Assembly: GCA_048939765.1 (NCBI GenBank)
Contig: JBHLPF010000026.1
Coordinates: 1 to 44,746 of the forward strand
DNA: 44,746 nt
Reading direction: 5' to 3'
Source of the DNA: Promethearchaeota archaeon
GTDB taxonomy: Archaea > Asgardarchaeota > Thorarchaeia > Thorarchaeales > Thorarchaeaceae
Shown: in pieces, positions 9,957-18,005 of the stretch
Layout of the letters: each line of letters opens with the position of its first letter
Position numbering within the stretch: the first letter of the stretch is position 1
The notes under the pieces: model-generated
The model's input: the letters and a program-made list of their open reading frames with translations, nothing else
The model's database searches: none
Told to the model about the DNA's origin: nothing
Translations under genes and position numbers: made by a program

Positions 9957-10172
9957 TTGATGCGGGATGTATGGGAAATGGAGAATGATGAGTCTAATGA
10001 TGAAATTGATTGGTCACAATACGGCGAGCAAGATTCCGGCACCACTGTCGCCCTTGACGGAAAGGACTATATCGCCCTGTTCATTGCATCACTTGAAACA
10101 ATCTTCCTACCATTGATAATCCTTGCAGGAGTCTTCGTGGCAATTGTCCTTATTCTAGCTTTCTTGCCCTGA
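9957..10172 (+). CDS. Small membrane protein with acidic N-terminus and C-terminal hydrophobic segment
   Basis: 71-aa ORF (start possibly ATG 9978), co-oriented with the dpp operon. Confidence 0.6.
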   Translation: MMRDVWEMENDESNDEIDWSQYGEQDSGTTVALDGKDYIALFIASLETIFLPLIILAGVFVAIVLILAFLP

Positions 10173-10187
10173 GAGGCGAGTGATTCC

Positions 10188-10526
10188 ATGGTAGGAGGAG
10201 AAGTCCAAAAGTCTTTCATCCTTGCTACGTTTCTGTTGCTTCTTGATGTTGTCTTAGCTGTTGCTGTTTCCATCATCGCCCAGGCTCCAATTGTATCTTA
10301 TGTAGCCGCCTCTGTTGCTTTCATTGAGATTGGCGTGCTGCTCGTGGTTGGTGGTTGCTTGATGGCTCGGCAGCCTCTCGACACCAAGGATCGATACACT
10401 ACTGATGGGACACCTACATCTGGTTGGCGAATCGCCCTTATTGGTCGGCGCCTTCTTGTGGCTGCGGTCTTCCTGTTTCCGTACGCGGGCCTCTTATCGC
10501 TGATAGGTCAGGCGATTGGGTTCTGA
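10188..10526 (+). CDS. Small three-TM membrane protein
   Basis: Three hydrophobic segments; 15 bp from the upstream gene. Confidence 0.65.
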   Translation: MVGGEVQKSFILATFLLLLDVVLAVAVSIIAQAPIVSYVAASVAFIEIGVLLVVGGCLMARQPLDTKDRYTTDGTPTSGWRIALIGRRLLVAAVFLFPYAGLLSLIGQAIGF

Positions 10527-10553
10527 GAGCTGCTAGGTAACTTGATACTTGGG

Positions 10554-11327
10554 CTAGATAGATGGCTTCACTGCTCGTCTGCCTATTCTTCTTCCTAGAA
10601 ACCTGCCACCATAGTAGAGAATACCTAGCACCACGGGCAAAAATGCGATGAGAAGTATCAGAGCCAAAGGGAAACTGAATTCTGCAAGAGGAAGGAAGAT
10701 GTAGTTCAAGAATTCTTGGTAAAATGTTGCTATCCCCAGAGCCAGTCCTTCCATGAACATGTTTCCCCACGGTGCAACGAGGATAGATACAACTCCTATG
10801 ACCGCAAGAGTCCTCTGCCATCTCACAATTGCTTGCCGTGAAATCTCAGCATAAGCCAGGTCTCCCAATTCTAAACGTTCAGACTCTTGCTCTCCAAGCC
10901 ATGTCAGGAAATTGTAGGACATTTCAACATTCCCTGAACCCCAAATTAGATAGACTGCGCCAACTATAACAAAGACAGCTTCCCCTGCCAAGATAAAGCT
11001 CTGGAAGAGTAGCAGTACGATGACGAGCGAACTGGCTCCCAAGATAAGCCCGCCAATCATTGCGCCTGCAAGGGTGTTTTCCATCATTACCTCCTGCAGT
11101 GCCTCTCCCCTTTTCGAGTGTTTCCTACGCACCAAGTTCTGCATGGCCCAATTATGAGAGATGCAACGTGTGTATTCAGTTTGGCCAGAGAGATCAACAC
11201 TGTCATTTCCAAATCTGTTATAGAACCATGTGAATAGACTATCCAGAGGGCGAATCCTCTTTTGCCAGTAGATAACCAACAATAAAGACAATGCTCCAAA
11301 GAGAATCAAAGCAAGCATCATATACAA
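10554..11327 (-). CDS. Hypothetical multi-pass membrane protein
   Basis: About 5-6 TM segments and a basic C-terminal tail; 2 bp from the upstream gene. Confidence 0.7.
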   Translation of the reverse strand: MYMMLALILFGALSLLLVIYWQKRIRPLDSLFTWFYNRFGNDSVDLSGQTEYTRCISHNWAMQNLVRRKHSKRGEALQEVMMENTLAGAMIGGLILGASSLVIVLLLFQSFILAGEAVFVIVGAVYLIWGSGNVEMSYNFLTWLGEQESERLELGDLAYAEISRQAIVRWQRTLAVIGVVSILVAPWGNMFMEGLALGIATFYQEFLNYIFLPLAEFSFPLALILLIAFLPVVLGILYYGGRFLGRRIGRRAVKPSI

Positions 11328-11329
11328 TC

Positions 11330-12169
11330 TTAATACTCTCCTCTCTGAGCCATTAGTCTATTAAATGTCCATAACCAAATATCAGTCATGAGAGCCCTGA
11401 ATGAATCTATATCAGGCTTATTCGAGCCAGCTACCAAGAGATGAACTCTTCCTCTAAGTCTTGATGGCTTTCTCTTCTCCACCGTTAGAGTGACATCATC
11501 CCCTGGAAGCTCCAAGTGAACCCCATAATCGTGGAAAAGCTTAGCAGGCTCTGAGAAGTCATAGTCAAACTCCTTGCAAGGTTTCGGATGAAGGAGTACC
11601 TTCGCCTCATTCAGCTCCGCGTGAATCTGAATCTTCTGGAAGGTATATCTTGGAACCAGCTTATTGTCCATTTCAGGTAGACCAAACCTTCTCAAGGTAG
11701 TCATACCCCTGTTGGCAAAACCACTGAAGTCTCCACCATTCCCCTCAATCGTGAGGTTTGGAGGATTGCCTCTGAACGCAATGATCGTTGACCCAAGGTC
11801 CCACTTCTTTACACCCTTGAGGTTTGAGCCATGCTCCTCATTTGCATCCCAGAAGCAATAAGGCATGGTAGTCATTGCCAGCATCTTATCCTTATCCCAC
11901 GGCTTTCGCTCCATAAGTGCCCATGTGTCGTCGTTCATCACATAAAGTGACATGCAGATTGGAGCAATATGTTGTGCATTGGCTTCGAGATACGCTTCCA
12001 GCCTCACCTGCCTAGATATCTGCTCGGTCAACTGGTCAAGCTGAGAGGTTGTCAAAACAACAGGTTGGTCTTCATCGAACAGGCTCTGCTGCTCGGGAGA
12101 GAAGCTAAACTGGACATTATGTTTCTCCGCAAACTCCTCAAATGTGCTTTGGGGCTGTCCAATCTTCAT
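11330..12169 (-). CDS. Hypothetical soluble protein
   Basis: ORF track gives 11330..12451, but that extension overlaps the carbamoyltransferase on the + strand. ATG 12169 (MKIGQPQ) is the plausible start. Confidence 0.65.
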   Translation of the reverse strand: MKIGQPQSTFEEFAEKHNVQFSFSPEQQSLFDEDQPVVLTTSQLDQLTEQISRQVRLEAYLEANAQHIAPICMSLYVMNDDTWALMERKPWDKDKMLAMTTMPYCFWDANEEHGSNLKGVKKWDLGSTIIAFRGNPPNLTIEGNGGDFSGFANRGMTTLRRFGLPEMDNKLVPRYTFQKIQIHAELNEAKVLLHPKPCKEFDYDFSEPAKLFHDYGVHLELPGDDVTLTVEKRKPSRLRGRVHLLVAGSNKPDIDSFRALMTDIWLWTFNRLMAQRGEY

Positions 12170-12305
12170 CTCTATCCAAGATTCTTGCGCTCGAGTTCCA
12201 TTCAAAATGCTTTCGCTGCTGGCATGTTGCTTAAAGAATCTGTGAATCTTGCTATCTCCCGACAGACCTAAAACCCAGTTGATGGGATTGATTCTTGTGA
12301 TTAAA

Positions 12306-13337
12306 ATGGTCGATCTATATGGCCGTGACTTGCTTTGCACGCAAGACTGGAGTATCGAGGAGCTTGAGAAGACCCTCGAACTTGCATTTGAGATGAAAAA
12401 CAATCGATATGACCATCCTTTGAACAATTGTCTGAACAGACGGACTTTCATGATGTTCTTCTACAATCCTTCTGTTCGCACTAGACAGTCATTCGAGGCC
12501 GCAGCCTCAGAGCTGGGTGGTCACGCTCAATTCCTGGAGCCTAAGTCCATGAGACTCAAGTCTGCGAAGACTGCAGGAGAGACCATTCAGGATGCAGCCG
12601 AAGTCATGAGTCGCTATGGTGTCGGTATAGGCATCAGAGTTCTAGAAACCGCTCTCGAATATTATGGGCAAGGCCATGAGATGCTTGAGGAGTATGCCAA
12701 GTACGCAAGCATTCCAATTGTTAGCATGGCTCATGATCGTTTCCACCCTTGTCAAGGACTAGCAGACGTCATGGGTTATAGGATGCACGGAGGTAAGGAT
12801 CTCAAAGGCAAGAAATTCCTCCAAGTTTGGGGAAAAGGCGCTCTGGTGAGGTCATGGTGCTCTGTTCAGGAGAGTGTTTTAATCAACACTCGATTTGGCA
12901 TGGATGTAACGCTTGCCTATCCAAAAGGCTACGATTTGGATCCTGAGGTCATGAAGTGGTGTGAGGAGAACGCCAATGCAGCTGGCGGCAGGTTCGAGAT
13001 TGTGCATGACCTCGAAGAAGGTTACGAGGGAGCTGATTTCGTTTATTCTCGGAACTGGATGACAGCTGGCTTCTATGAGGATATGATTAGGCAAGGTGTA
13101 GATGCAGCCAAAAAGAAGGAGATTGATGTCGCCGCAAAATATGATGACTGGATTACAACCAAGGAGTGGATGGCGAAGACAAATGATGCCTATTTTACTC
13201 ACTGTGGTCCTGTGGACAGGAACGCAGAAGTCACTGATGAGGTATGCGACAGCCCCAAGTCGATAGTATATGATGTGGCTGAGAATCGGCTTCATGTTCA
13301 GAAGGCGATTATGGCTCTGACAATGGGGAAGCAATAG
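12306..13337 (+). CDS. N-acylornithine-type (AOTCase/YgeW-like) carbamoyltransferase
   Basis: N-terminus MVDLYGRDLLCTQDWS. Carbamoyl-phosphate motif FYNPSVRTRQSFE. HPCQ, variant HCGPVDRN and AENRLHVQKA. No DxxxSMG. Confidence 0.88.
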   Translation: MVDLYGRDLLCTQDWSIEELEKTLELAFEMKNNRYDHPLNNCLNRRTFMMFFYNPSVRTRQSFEAAASELGGHAQFLEPKSMRLKSAKTAGETIQDAAEVMSRYGVGIGIRVLETALEYYGQGHEMLEEYAKYASIPIVSMAHDRFHPCQGLADVMGYRMHGGKDLKGKKFLQVWGKGALVRSWCSVQESVLINTRFGMDVTLAYPKGYDLDPEVMKWCEENANAAGGRFEIVHDLEEGYEGADFVYSRNWMTAGFYEDMIRQGVDAAKKKEIDVAAKYDDWITTKEWMAKTNDAYFTHCGPVDRNAEVTDEVCDSPKSIVYDVAENRLHVQKAIMALTMGKQ

Positions 13338-13349
13338 GAAAGAATCATT

Positions 13350-13371
13350 GAGGAGGCTGCGAGGCCTCCTC
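13350..13371 (+). terminator. GC-rich hairpin with GNRA loop after carbamoyltransferase (terminator or 3' stabiliser)
   Basis: 8-bp stem GAGGAGGC/GCCTCCTC, U-G closing pair and GCGA tetraloop, 12 nt after the stop. No long U-tract. Confidence 0.5.
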
Positions 13372-13582
13372 TTGGGCAGGCTTGTTTACCCAAGTCCATC
13401 GATTTGTGCCTGAGATGCAAATAGAGTGATTGCACCGACCGTGCATAGATCCCTATACAGACAACCAGAAAAACATCTCTTGATGTGCAGAGATGCAACG
13501 CCCGGAATCGAGAAGCGCCCACCATACGGAACCTGTTTTCTGTGCGTAAAATCTGCAACCCATTAGGTTCAAAAGCAACACT

Positions 13583-14491
13583 TTGGAGAACATCAAGTAT
13601 CCGATGACAAAGACCACTATTGCCCAGCTCACCGATGAACGAATGGAGGATTGGTTAAGAGTATATAATGAAGGCAAGGGAAACCTTCCTGATTTTCAAC
13701 CACTCATGCCGCGCGAGCTTAATGCCCTCATCAAACAAGGCGTTGTCAATCCTGAAAGAACGCTGCTAGGACTTGAGGATGGAATCGCCACCGCGGTTTC
13801 TCGTTATATCGGATCTGAAGATTCTCAGTCTGCCTTCATGTCTGATGTCAGCATCATGAGAGGAAGAACTCAGGGCCTACAGGGGATTATTGAATTCGTC
13901 ATGGCTTGGGCACGAGATATTCGAGCTAATCGCATTGCAGCCTGGACGCCCCTGTCAGCGATCAAGGTGCCTGACGTCCTCAGTGAGTACACATTTGAAG
14001 CTCGCAGAGTCCTGGTAGGTTTGAAGCTCCAGATTGATTCTGAGCTGTCAATAGATGAAACCCTGATTCATCGTGTGAGGGAGTGGGAAAGCAAGGGACC
14101 TGTTCAGCGACTCATAGCTCTCTTCGGTGGACTCTTCTCGAGGCCTCTTGATCTTCATGAATTGAGGGACGAGGCGGCTCACAAGTGGGAGCCACGATTC
14201 ACCTTGATTTCAAAGGATCTTGAAACCACACTGGCTGTCGCATATAGATCCGAGGCTAATAGACAATTAGGCTGGATTGACCTCACCCCATTGAGGGCAG
14301 GAGCAGCTTTGATTGAGGTACCTGACTCCAGTCTTATTTCTCATCTTGCTGCTCGATTATACCTAGACGGTGTGAAGGAAATTCGAACCGAAGTAGATGG
14401 TGACCTCTTGGAGAAACAGCCCTTCATTGATGCAGGTTTCGAAACCATCCGAACGCTCATGGAAATGGAACTGCAACTCAACTATGAGTAG
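13583..14491 (+). CDS. Divergent tandem-GNAT-like protein
   Basis: Two ~150-aa halves ending in GNAT-like patterns (VLSEYTFEARRVLVGLKL and PFIDAGFETIRTLMEMEL). The acetyl-CoA loop is not clearly conserved. Confidence 0.5.
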   Translation: MENIKYPMTKTTIAQLTDERMEDWLRVYNEGKGNLPDFQPLMPRELNALIKQGVVNPERTLLGLEDGIATAVSRYIGSEDSQSAFMSDVSIMRGRTQGLQGIIEFVMAWARDIRANRIAAWTPLSAIKVPDVLSEYTFEARRVLVGLKLQIDSELSIDETLIHRVREWESKGPVQRLIALFGGLFSRPLDLHELRDEAAHKWEPRFTLISKDLETTLAVAYRSEANRQLGWIDLTPLRAGAALIEVPDSSLISHLAARLYLDGVKEIRTEVDGDLLEKQPFIDAGFETIRTLMEMELQLNYE

Positions 14492-14572
14492 AAATATCAG
14501 TTTGGCGCGTTTTGGTGCTATGGAAGAATAGGCGGTTATTTTCGAGGGAAGGCCTATATATGCTTCAGAGAG

Positions 14573-14693
14573 GGTTGTCGCGTCTTGAGCCTGAGCCGGG
14601 AGGACGGAAACTGGACAAGATGCGTGAACCGAGTCAAGCCTGCGTCGAAGGCTTGGTGGAGGATTTCACTCGTGGGCGCCGATGTGCGCTCAC
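14573..14693 (+). ncRNA. Candidate structured non-coding RNA (unassigned family)
   Basis: About 61% GC by hand count. Four consecutive hairpins, with G-U pairs that form only on the + strand. TATA-like CTATATAT at 14554-14561. Confidence 0.4.
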
Positions 14694-14696
14694 ACT

Positions 14697-14906
14697 CTAT
14701 TCTTTCTCAATCTCGCTCCATCTATGACATCTGACACAATGCCTCGGTTCGACTTCCTGATAATCAGAAACATCTGCCTTGCAGATTTCGATGCAGTAGT
14801 CACATCTTTCGAGTGAAACATCATCCACAGCTGTGACAAGTCCTTTGGAGGAGGTATAGTGCGCTCCTGGGTTCTCAACGACTAGGAGCTCGTCACCCTT
14901 CCGCAA
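14697..14906 (-). CDS. Small Cys-rich (Zn-finger-like) protein
   Basis: CDYC...CVRCH motifs. TTG start at 14906 is preceded by GGTGA (ORF track starts at GTG 14915). Confidence 0.65.
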   Translation of the reverse strand: MRKGDELLVVENPGAHYTSSKGLVTAVDDVSLERCDYCIEICKADVSDYQEVEPRHCVRCHRWSEIEKE

Positions 14907-15058
14907 AGGATTCACCGACAGTGGTGGCAGGCAACTGTGTAATAAACGGTTTCGAAAAAGCAGAGAATGGCAACCATTAAGTCATTCCCGGCGTTGCCTA
15001 AATTCGCGATTCGCAATCATTAATACATGGCAATCCACCAGACCTTTGAGGTTTTGCA

Positions 15059-16255
15059 ATGGGAAAACCAAAGGTCTTCTACAGTGACGAACAAGCTCGT
15101 CCTGACTATAATATGCTGGATAAACTTGAGCATATATTCAACGAATTAAGACTTAATGAGGATATCAAACCAGGCGAAAAAGTCATGGTGAAGACTCATT
15201 TTGGTCAGTGGGGAAACACCCGATATCTGCGTCCTGCTTACGCACGCAAGATCGTTGATCTTGTCAGAGCCGCAGGTGGAGTGCCATTTTTGGCAGAAAC
15301 GTGTGGTCTCGGCTATGGTGAAGGAGGTGCCTATGGAGGGCGCTCTACGGCACCCGAGTATCTTGCTATGGCCGCATTAAATGGCTTCACTGAAGCTTCT
15401 GTTGGTGCTCCGCTTCTCATGGCAGACGGGTATTGGGGGACCGATGTATATAATGTCGAAGTTGATGGTGAGCACGTGAAGACTGTAGATGTTGCAGCCG
15501 CTCTTTATGACTGCGATAAGGTGATAGTGCTCACTCATGCTAAAGGACATGGATTGGGCGGCTTAGGAGGCACCCTCAAGAATCTCGGCATTGGACTTGT
15601 AGGGAAGCGGAGCAAGGCAGCGATGCACTTCTTGGGAGATCTCAAGATCGACCCGGAGAAATGCCTAGGGCCTGAGTGTTCCAAATGCCTAAAGGTCTGT
15701 CCAACCCGATGCATTACTATGAATGAAAAAGCAACTCTCGATAAGGCGAGATGCATCGCATGCTATCACTGTGTTGATGTGTGCAGGAAAGTTGAGGCAA
15801 AAGCTGCAACCATGTCATGGCGACCCAACCACGAACAGCCACCCTATTTCGTCGAGAACTCATTAGGCGTGATAAATTCTATCGGGGCTGATAGATTCTA
15901 CTACATCAACCTCGCCATTGACATCAGTGACAAATGCGACTGTTGGAACGTAGGGGCACCGCTGCTTGTGCATGATATTGGAATATTCGGCTCAAGAGAT
16001 CCCCTTGCCATTGACCAAGCCACTCTGCAAGCAATCAAGGATGCGCCGGCAAATCCTGACTCCCTAGCTGGCGATGTTGAGTGCGGGGCAGATAAGTTCG
16101 CAGCGGTGCACGCCTGCAAAGATCCTGAAACAGGAGAGATTCTAGAGCTCGCCGAGGACCAGCTGGCTCACGCTGAGAAGATGGGGCTTGGCAGTAGAGA
16201 ATATGAGTTGGTGACCATCACAAAGGAACCACCAAAGAAACCAGGTGCAACATAG
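15059..16255 (+). CDS. DUF362-domain Fe-S protein with 2x[4Fe-4S] ferredoxin insert
   Basis: Motifs VKTHFGQWGN, LTHAKGH, GGTLKNLGIG, CSKCLKVCP, CIACYHCVDVC, CDC and DIGIFGSRDPLAIDQA. Confidence 0.88.
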   Translation: MGKPKVFYSDEQARPDYNMLDKLEHIFNELRLNEDIKPGEKVMVKTHFGQWGNTRYLRPAYARKIVDLVRAAGGVPFLAETCGLGYGEGGAYGGRSTAPEYLAMAALNGFTEASVGAPLLMADGYWGTDVYNVEVDGEHVKTVDVAAALYDCDKVIVLTHAKGHGLGGLGGTLKNLGIGLVGKRSKAAMHFLGDLKIDPEKCLGPECSKCLKVCPTRCITMNEKATLDKARCIACYHCVDVCRKVEAKAATMSWRPNHEQPPYFVENSLGVINSIGADRFYYINLAIDISDKCDCWNVGAPLLVHDIGIFGSRDPLAIDQATLQAIKDAPANPDSLAGDVECGADKFAAVHACKDPETGEILELAEDQLAHAEKMGLGSREYELVTITKEPPKKPGAT

Positions 16256-16257
16256 GA

Positions 16258-16782
16258 GTGACTGAAATGGTTCCTGAATGGTTTAGAGCGAAGGTTATTC
16301 ATGCACACGAGAATATGAGAACACATCTGCATCATGTGTTGGAGGATCTGACGAACGAAGAGCTAATCAAACAGGTGACTAGCGAGGAGTACTCTAGGTC
16401 AATCGCCGGAATCGTGATGCACATTGGGACTGCTGAAACCTACTGGTTCCATAAGGCGAACAACTCGATAGGGCCTCCCGTCGTAGCAGACACATTTGAA
16501 GAGGTACTCGCTCGGATAAAGGAGAACACAGAGAAGATTACGAAGATTGTCCGCGAGTGTCCTGAGGAACAGCTTCGCATCATTTCTCCAAACGAAGGTG
16601 GGCCATCTATAGCTTGGGCGGTACTGAGGACTTCTCAGCATGGGATATACCATGCAGGGCAAATTGCCAAAATACGTCGAATGATTGGTGCAAAGGAATT
16701 GCAGCCTGCTACTGAGAACCTGTGGGGGAACGCAGTTGACTCTCCTCTGGAAATAATGAGAGCCCTAATGGATGAATGCTAG
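16258..16782 (+). CDS. DinB-family four-helix-bundle metalloprotein
   Basis: SIAGIVMHIGTAETYW and HGIYHAGQI supply the DinB His triad. AGGAG precedes the GTG start. Confidence 0.85.
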   Translation: MTEMVPEWFRAKVIHAHENMRTHLHHVLEDLTNEELIKQVTSEEYSRSIAGIVMHIGTAETYWFHKANNSIGPPVVADTFEEVLARIKENTEKITKIVRECPEEQLRIISPNEGGPSIAWAVLRTSQHGIYHAGQIAKIRRMIGAKELQPATENLWGNAVDSPLEIMRALMDEC

Positions 16783-16869
16783 ACTGCGTATTCATCTATA
16801 CAGCCATCCAAGATTGACTATTAAGTCGTAGCGCTAAACCCCACGGGAAGTGACCTGAACAGGGGTGTT

Positions 16870-17925
16870 ATGCTACTGCCACTATTTCCACCAGGCAACA
16901 TTGTTCGAGACATCATTCTGCTTTTGGATGGTGCCATTGTCTTCTACTCATTTCTCCTGGGGATTGTCTTGCTCGGCCAGTGGTACAGGAGTCCATTTCG
17001 AAAGGCAGTCGATGTGAAGCTTGCATGGGGTCTCTTCTTCATTGGCATGGTTGGAAATACCTCGGCGTTTATGCTTGCTGACTTCTTCTATACAGATGAT
17101 CCGCTTAACATCTTCTGGGTCAAGATAGGTTATATGTGCCTAATTCTTGCTCTAGTCGCCTTCTTCTCAACAATAGAGAGAATGCTGCCATATCGACTTC
17201 ACCACGCTTTTTCCATCACAGGTCTAGCTTCCGCAGGACTTACCATAGTTTCTCCGCGCGATTATATTGAAGCCGTCGCCTTGTTCATCTCAATTGTTAC
17301 TCTGATTGGAGTTATGCTCTTCCTCACTTTTTCGATACGAAATACCAGTGGTGCAGTTCGAAGAAGCATTGGTCAAATCGTTGCAGGATTTCTCATAGGA
17401 TTTGTGGGATTCTTGGGCAGGAGCGATGTTTCCTATTATGCCCTTGGGGAATTGATATACGCGTTTGGTGCAGCACTCATGGTAATAGGGCTCATCATAT
17501 TTGGCTATGCCTTGATCATGTCACCAGCTCTGGATGAACTTGACTGGCGCCAACAATTGGTTGAGCTGTATATCATCCAAGAAGGTGGCCTGTTAGTCTT
17601 TCACCATCACTTCAAAGAAGTCCAAGACATCGACCAAGTCCTTACTGCTGCGGGAATCTCTGGTGTCCAATCTCTCTTTCAGGAAATAACTAGGAGCGAA
17701 GAAGGACTGAATGTGGTCTCAATCGGAGATTATGAGATTCTCTTCGCACATGGTGGGAGTTTCTCATCAGTTCTGATCTCGCGCAAGGCCTACCACATTC
17801 TGCTTTCTAAGGTTCAAGAATTCACTGACAAATTTGATCTCATCTTTGGTCCTATCATTGAGAGATTCGAAGGAAGTCTTCGTGAATTCAGTTCAGTGCA
17901 TGAGCTTGTAGCGTCTGTCTTCTAG
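16870..17925 (+). CDS. Seven-TM membrane protein fused to a C-terminal longin-like domain
   Basis: Seven hydrophobic helices (residues ~15-220), then LVELYIIQEGGLLVFHHHF...DQVLTAAGISGVQSLFQEI...FTDKFDLIF, the pattern of Asgard longin-like domains. Confidence 0.75.
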   Translation: MLLPLFPPGNIVRDIILLLDGAIVFYSFLLGIVLLGQWYRSPFRKAVDVKLAWGLFFIGMVGNTSAFMLADFFYTDDPLNIFWVKIGYMCLILALVAFFSTIERMLPYRLHHAFSITGLASAGLTIVSPRDYIEAVALFISIVTLIGVMLFLTFSIRNTSGAVRRSIGQIVAGFLIGFVGFLGRSDVSYYALGELIYAFGAALMVIGLIIFGYALIMSPALDELDWRQQLVELYIIQEGGLLVFHHHFKEVQDIDQVLTAAGISGVQSLFQEITRSEEGLNVVSIGDYEILFAHGGSFSSVLISRKAYHILLSKVQEFTDKFDLIFGPIIERFEGSLREFSSVHELVASVF

Positions 17926-18005
17926 CCGTCTATCCTGTTCACTATATTTGAGCCTTACCAGGACGGCAGCTCCTCAAATACTCAGTGGCGTTCGCAGTCA
18001 AATCG

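Noticed and set aside
12170-12451. N-terminal extensions of the ORFs 11330..12451 and 12249..13337
   Set aside because: They overlap each other head-to-head; downstream ATGs (12169 and 12306) give sensible starts.
14512-14727. 71-aa + strand ORF; also a hammerhead-like CTGAG...GAAAC
   Set aside because: The ORF overlaps the Zn-finger gene and spans a TATA element and hairpins. The hammerhead core CUGANGA and its three-stem junction are not met.
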